Shown here: positions 62,292 to 64,000 of the stretch, one piece after another | Numbering within the stretch: the stretch's first letter is position 1 | How the letters are laid out: every line of letters starts with the position of its first letter | Assembly (NCBI GenBank): GCA_031376285.1 | Contig: JANMDN010000044.1 | Coordinates: 4,847 to 68,846 of the forward strand | Source: Actinomycetes bacterium | GTDB taxonomy: Bacteria > Actinomycetota > Thermoleophilia > Miltoncostaeales > Miltoncostaeaceae | Direction: 5' to 3' | Length of the DNA stretch: 64,000 bases | The notes under the pieces: model-generated | Seen by the model: only the letters and a program-made list of their open reading frames with translations | Databases searched by the model: none | What the model was told of the DNA's origin: nothing | Program-made: the position numbers and the translations under genes

Positions 62292-64000
62292 GCCGCGAGC
62301 CCCTCCGCCAGAACACGGCTGACACCACTCGGATCCTTGACGATGCGAATCGCGGCGCCAAGCCGCTCCGCGACACCCGGAAGGTGTGTGATCACGCCAA
62401 TCAGGCGGCCCCCGCCCGAGAGCCGCTCGATACCAGCGATGGCAAGCTCCAGGGAGTCTGCGTCAAGCGTGGAAAAACCTTCGTCAAGAAACAGGCAGTC
62501 GAGGCGCCCGCCAGCGCCGGCCGCGATATCGCCCAGCGCAAGCGCAAGCGACAGGCTCGCCAGGAAGCGCTCTCCACCCGAGAGCGTCGCCACGCCGCGT
62601 GTCGCTTCACCGCGTCGAGTGTCGACGATCGCGAGCGGGTCGGGCTCCGAGGCCGCGAACCGGTAGGCGCCCCGACTGAGGTCTTGGAGCCGCTCCGATG
62701 CGGCGAGCGCAAGTCGTTCGCGATATCGCTGCAGGAGGTAGCGCGGAAACCTGTCGGCGCGAAGGTCGAGCGCCACGACGCGAAATCGCTCGGCCTGCTC
62801 GCGTGATTCGCGCGCATCGCGTCGGCGCCTGCGCGCCTCCGCGGCGCAGTCACGGGCGTGACCGAATCTCGACCGAGCGCTCGCGTGATCGAGTTGCGCC
62901 CGCTCGGTCGCTTGGGGAAGGTCGTCTGGGCGCGCGAGGCGCAGACTCGCGCAGCGCTCGGCCAGCCAGCTCCCCTGCGCGTCGGATTGGAGGCGCAGGG
63001 CAGCTCGCCTGTTATCGATGTCTGCGGCATGCTCGGTGAGGCGCCGTTCAAGGGCGTCGCACGCCTGGTTGAGCGCCTCCGCGCTGAGGTCAGCGGGCGG
63101 CGGCGCAAGCCCCGCCGACTCGGCGGCGACCGCGGCGGCGACCCGCAGGGGTCTGATCAGCGTGGCCTCGATGGTCGCCGCCGCTCGCTCGGCCTCCGCC
63201 AGCGTCGACTCGACGCGCAGGAGCTCGCGGTCGGCCGCGGTGCCGCGCTCGGCGAGGGCTTCGAGCTGCGCGAGCGAGGCGACGATTGCTCCGATTCCGT
63301 CGCGTCCACCGTGGGGCTCAAGGGCCGCTGCGAGCACGCCCAGCTCCTCGCCGTCGCGCTCGACGTGTTCTGCGACCTCCTGGATACGCCCGGCCTCACG
63401 TGTGACCGCTTCCCGCTCGCTCGTCGCCTCGGCAGCTGGGCCCCTCATCGCGTCGGCGAGCGTCGCGATCTCGCCCTGCAGCATGACTTCGGAGACCCGA
63501 TCATCGTGAATCCCTTCGGGGAGGAGGTTCCGGGCCCCGTCGACGGCCGCCTCTGCCTCGGCTCGCCCTTGCTCGAATCGAGCCAGCTCGGCTTGCCGAG
63601 CGGCGAGCTGGCGATGGGCCTCCATCCCGTCCCTTTCGGCCGCGCGAAGCTCAGCCGTTGCGTCGCCCACAGGTGCGTTGAGACCGGGGAGAAAGCCGAT
63701 CTGCCCGCCGCACACCGGACAGTCATCGCCCGGGTGCAGTCCCGAACGGATGTGGGCGGCCTGCGCTACCTGGATGGCGCGGTCATTGACGGTGCGGGTT
63801 TCAAGAAGGCGAGCCTCCGAGGCCCCTACCCGGTCCCCGGCGACATCGCGCTGACGAAGGGCCTCTACCATCGCTGCTCGGGCCGCGTCGAGGTTGCGCA
63901 GCGCGCCGTCAAGTGCGGTGACCGCGGCTGCCCTCGCGATGAGCGCGTCGTGGGCGGCCCGGGTTGCGGCGAGGTGCGCCTCCAATTGCGCGAGGGCCTC
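62288..64000 (-). CDS. sbcC: SbcC/Rad50-family ATPase, C-terminal part (5' end outside window)
   Basis: Long coiled coil, zinc hook CPVCGG, signature LSGGERFLASLSLALAL, D-loop LFLDEGF. Confidence 0.85.
   Translation of the reverse strand, partial: EALAQLEAHLAATRAAHDALIARAAAVTALDGALRNLDAARAAMVEALRQRDVAGDRVGASEARLLETRTVNDRAIQVAQAAHIRSGLHPGDDCPVCGGQIGFLPGLNAPVGDATAELRAAERDGMEAHRQLAARQAELARFEQGRAEAEAAVDGARNLLPEGIHDDRVSEVMLQGEIATLADAMRGPAAEATSEREAVTREAGRIQEVAEHVERDGEELGVLAAALEPHGGRDGIGAIVASLAQLEALAERGTAADRELLRVESTLAEAERAAATIEATLIRPLRVAAAVAAESAGLAPPPADLSAEALNQACDALERRLTEHAADIDNRRAALRLQSDAQGSWLAERCASLRLARPDDLPQATERAQLDHASARSRFGHARDCAAEARRRRRDARESREQAERFRVVALDLRADRFPRYLLQRYRERLALAASERLQDLSRGAYRFAASEPDPLAIVDTRRGEATRGVATLSGGERFLASLSLALALGDIAAGAGGRLDCLFLDEGFSTLDADSLELAIAGIERLSGGGRLIGVITHLPGVAERLGAAIRIVKDPSGVSRVLAEGLAA

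Overview
High-GC window (about 70% by eye, not computed). It is densely coding, with about 60 protein genes, and I found no rRNA, tRNA or CRISPR array. All product calls come from motifs I recognised by eye in the supplied translations; no database search was run.

Core content points to a menaquinone-using, probably deep-branching Actinomycetota-like organism (inference):
- A futalosine-pathway menaquinone cluster on the minus strand: mqnA, an MqnC/MqnE-type radical-SAM enzyme, a polyprenyl synthase, ubiE and ubiX, with a UbiD decarboxylase further on.
- A Bacillus-type b6c menaquinol:cytochrome c reductase (qcrA, qcrB, qcrC).
- Tetrapyrrole genes: hemL, a fused AhbA/AhbB-like siroheme decarboxylase, and hemB.
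- metH, dps, ddl, aat and a partial sbcC at the right edge.

Accessory content:
- vapBC, a class II Fic protein, NfeD plus SPFH, and LemA.
- A cupredoxin-PAP2-response regulator-histidine kinase operon.
- GtrA plus two GT-C glycosyltransferases.
- Two secreted CHRD paralogs flanking a COG0523 GTPase.
- An XRE regulator coupled to a membrane zinc-ribbon protein.
- Decayed mobile-element debris at 59.75-61.4 kb (ISL3 end, ISAzo13 transposase pseudogene).

The signals that ordinary gene annotation does not explain are:
1. Three families of conserved repeated intergenic sequence: a 75-nt element in 2 copies, a 38-nt G-rich core with an adjacent hairpin in 3 copies plus one possible degenerate copy, and a 31-nt element in 2 copies.
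2. Several single-nucleotide frame disruptions. One falls exactly on an X XXY YYZ heptamer in an ACT-domain gene.
3. Pseudo-enzyme-like small ORFs embedded in the quinone and haem operons.
4. The CHRD-COG0523-CHRD module.

I cannot show that any of these is a new system. Each is given with the test that would decide it.
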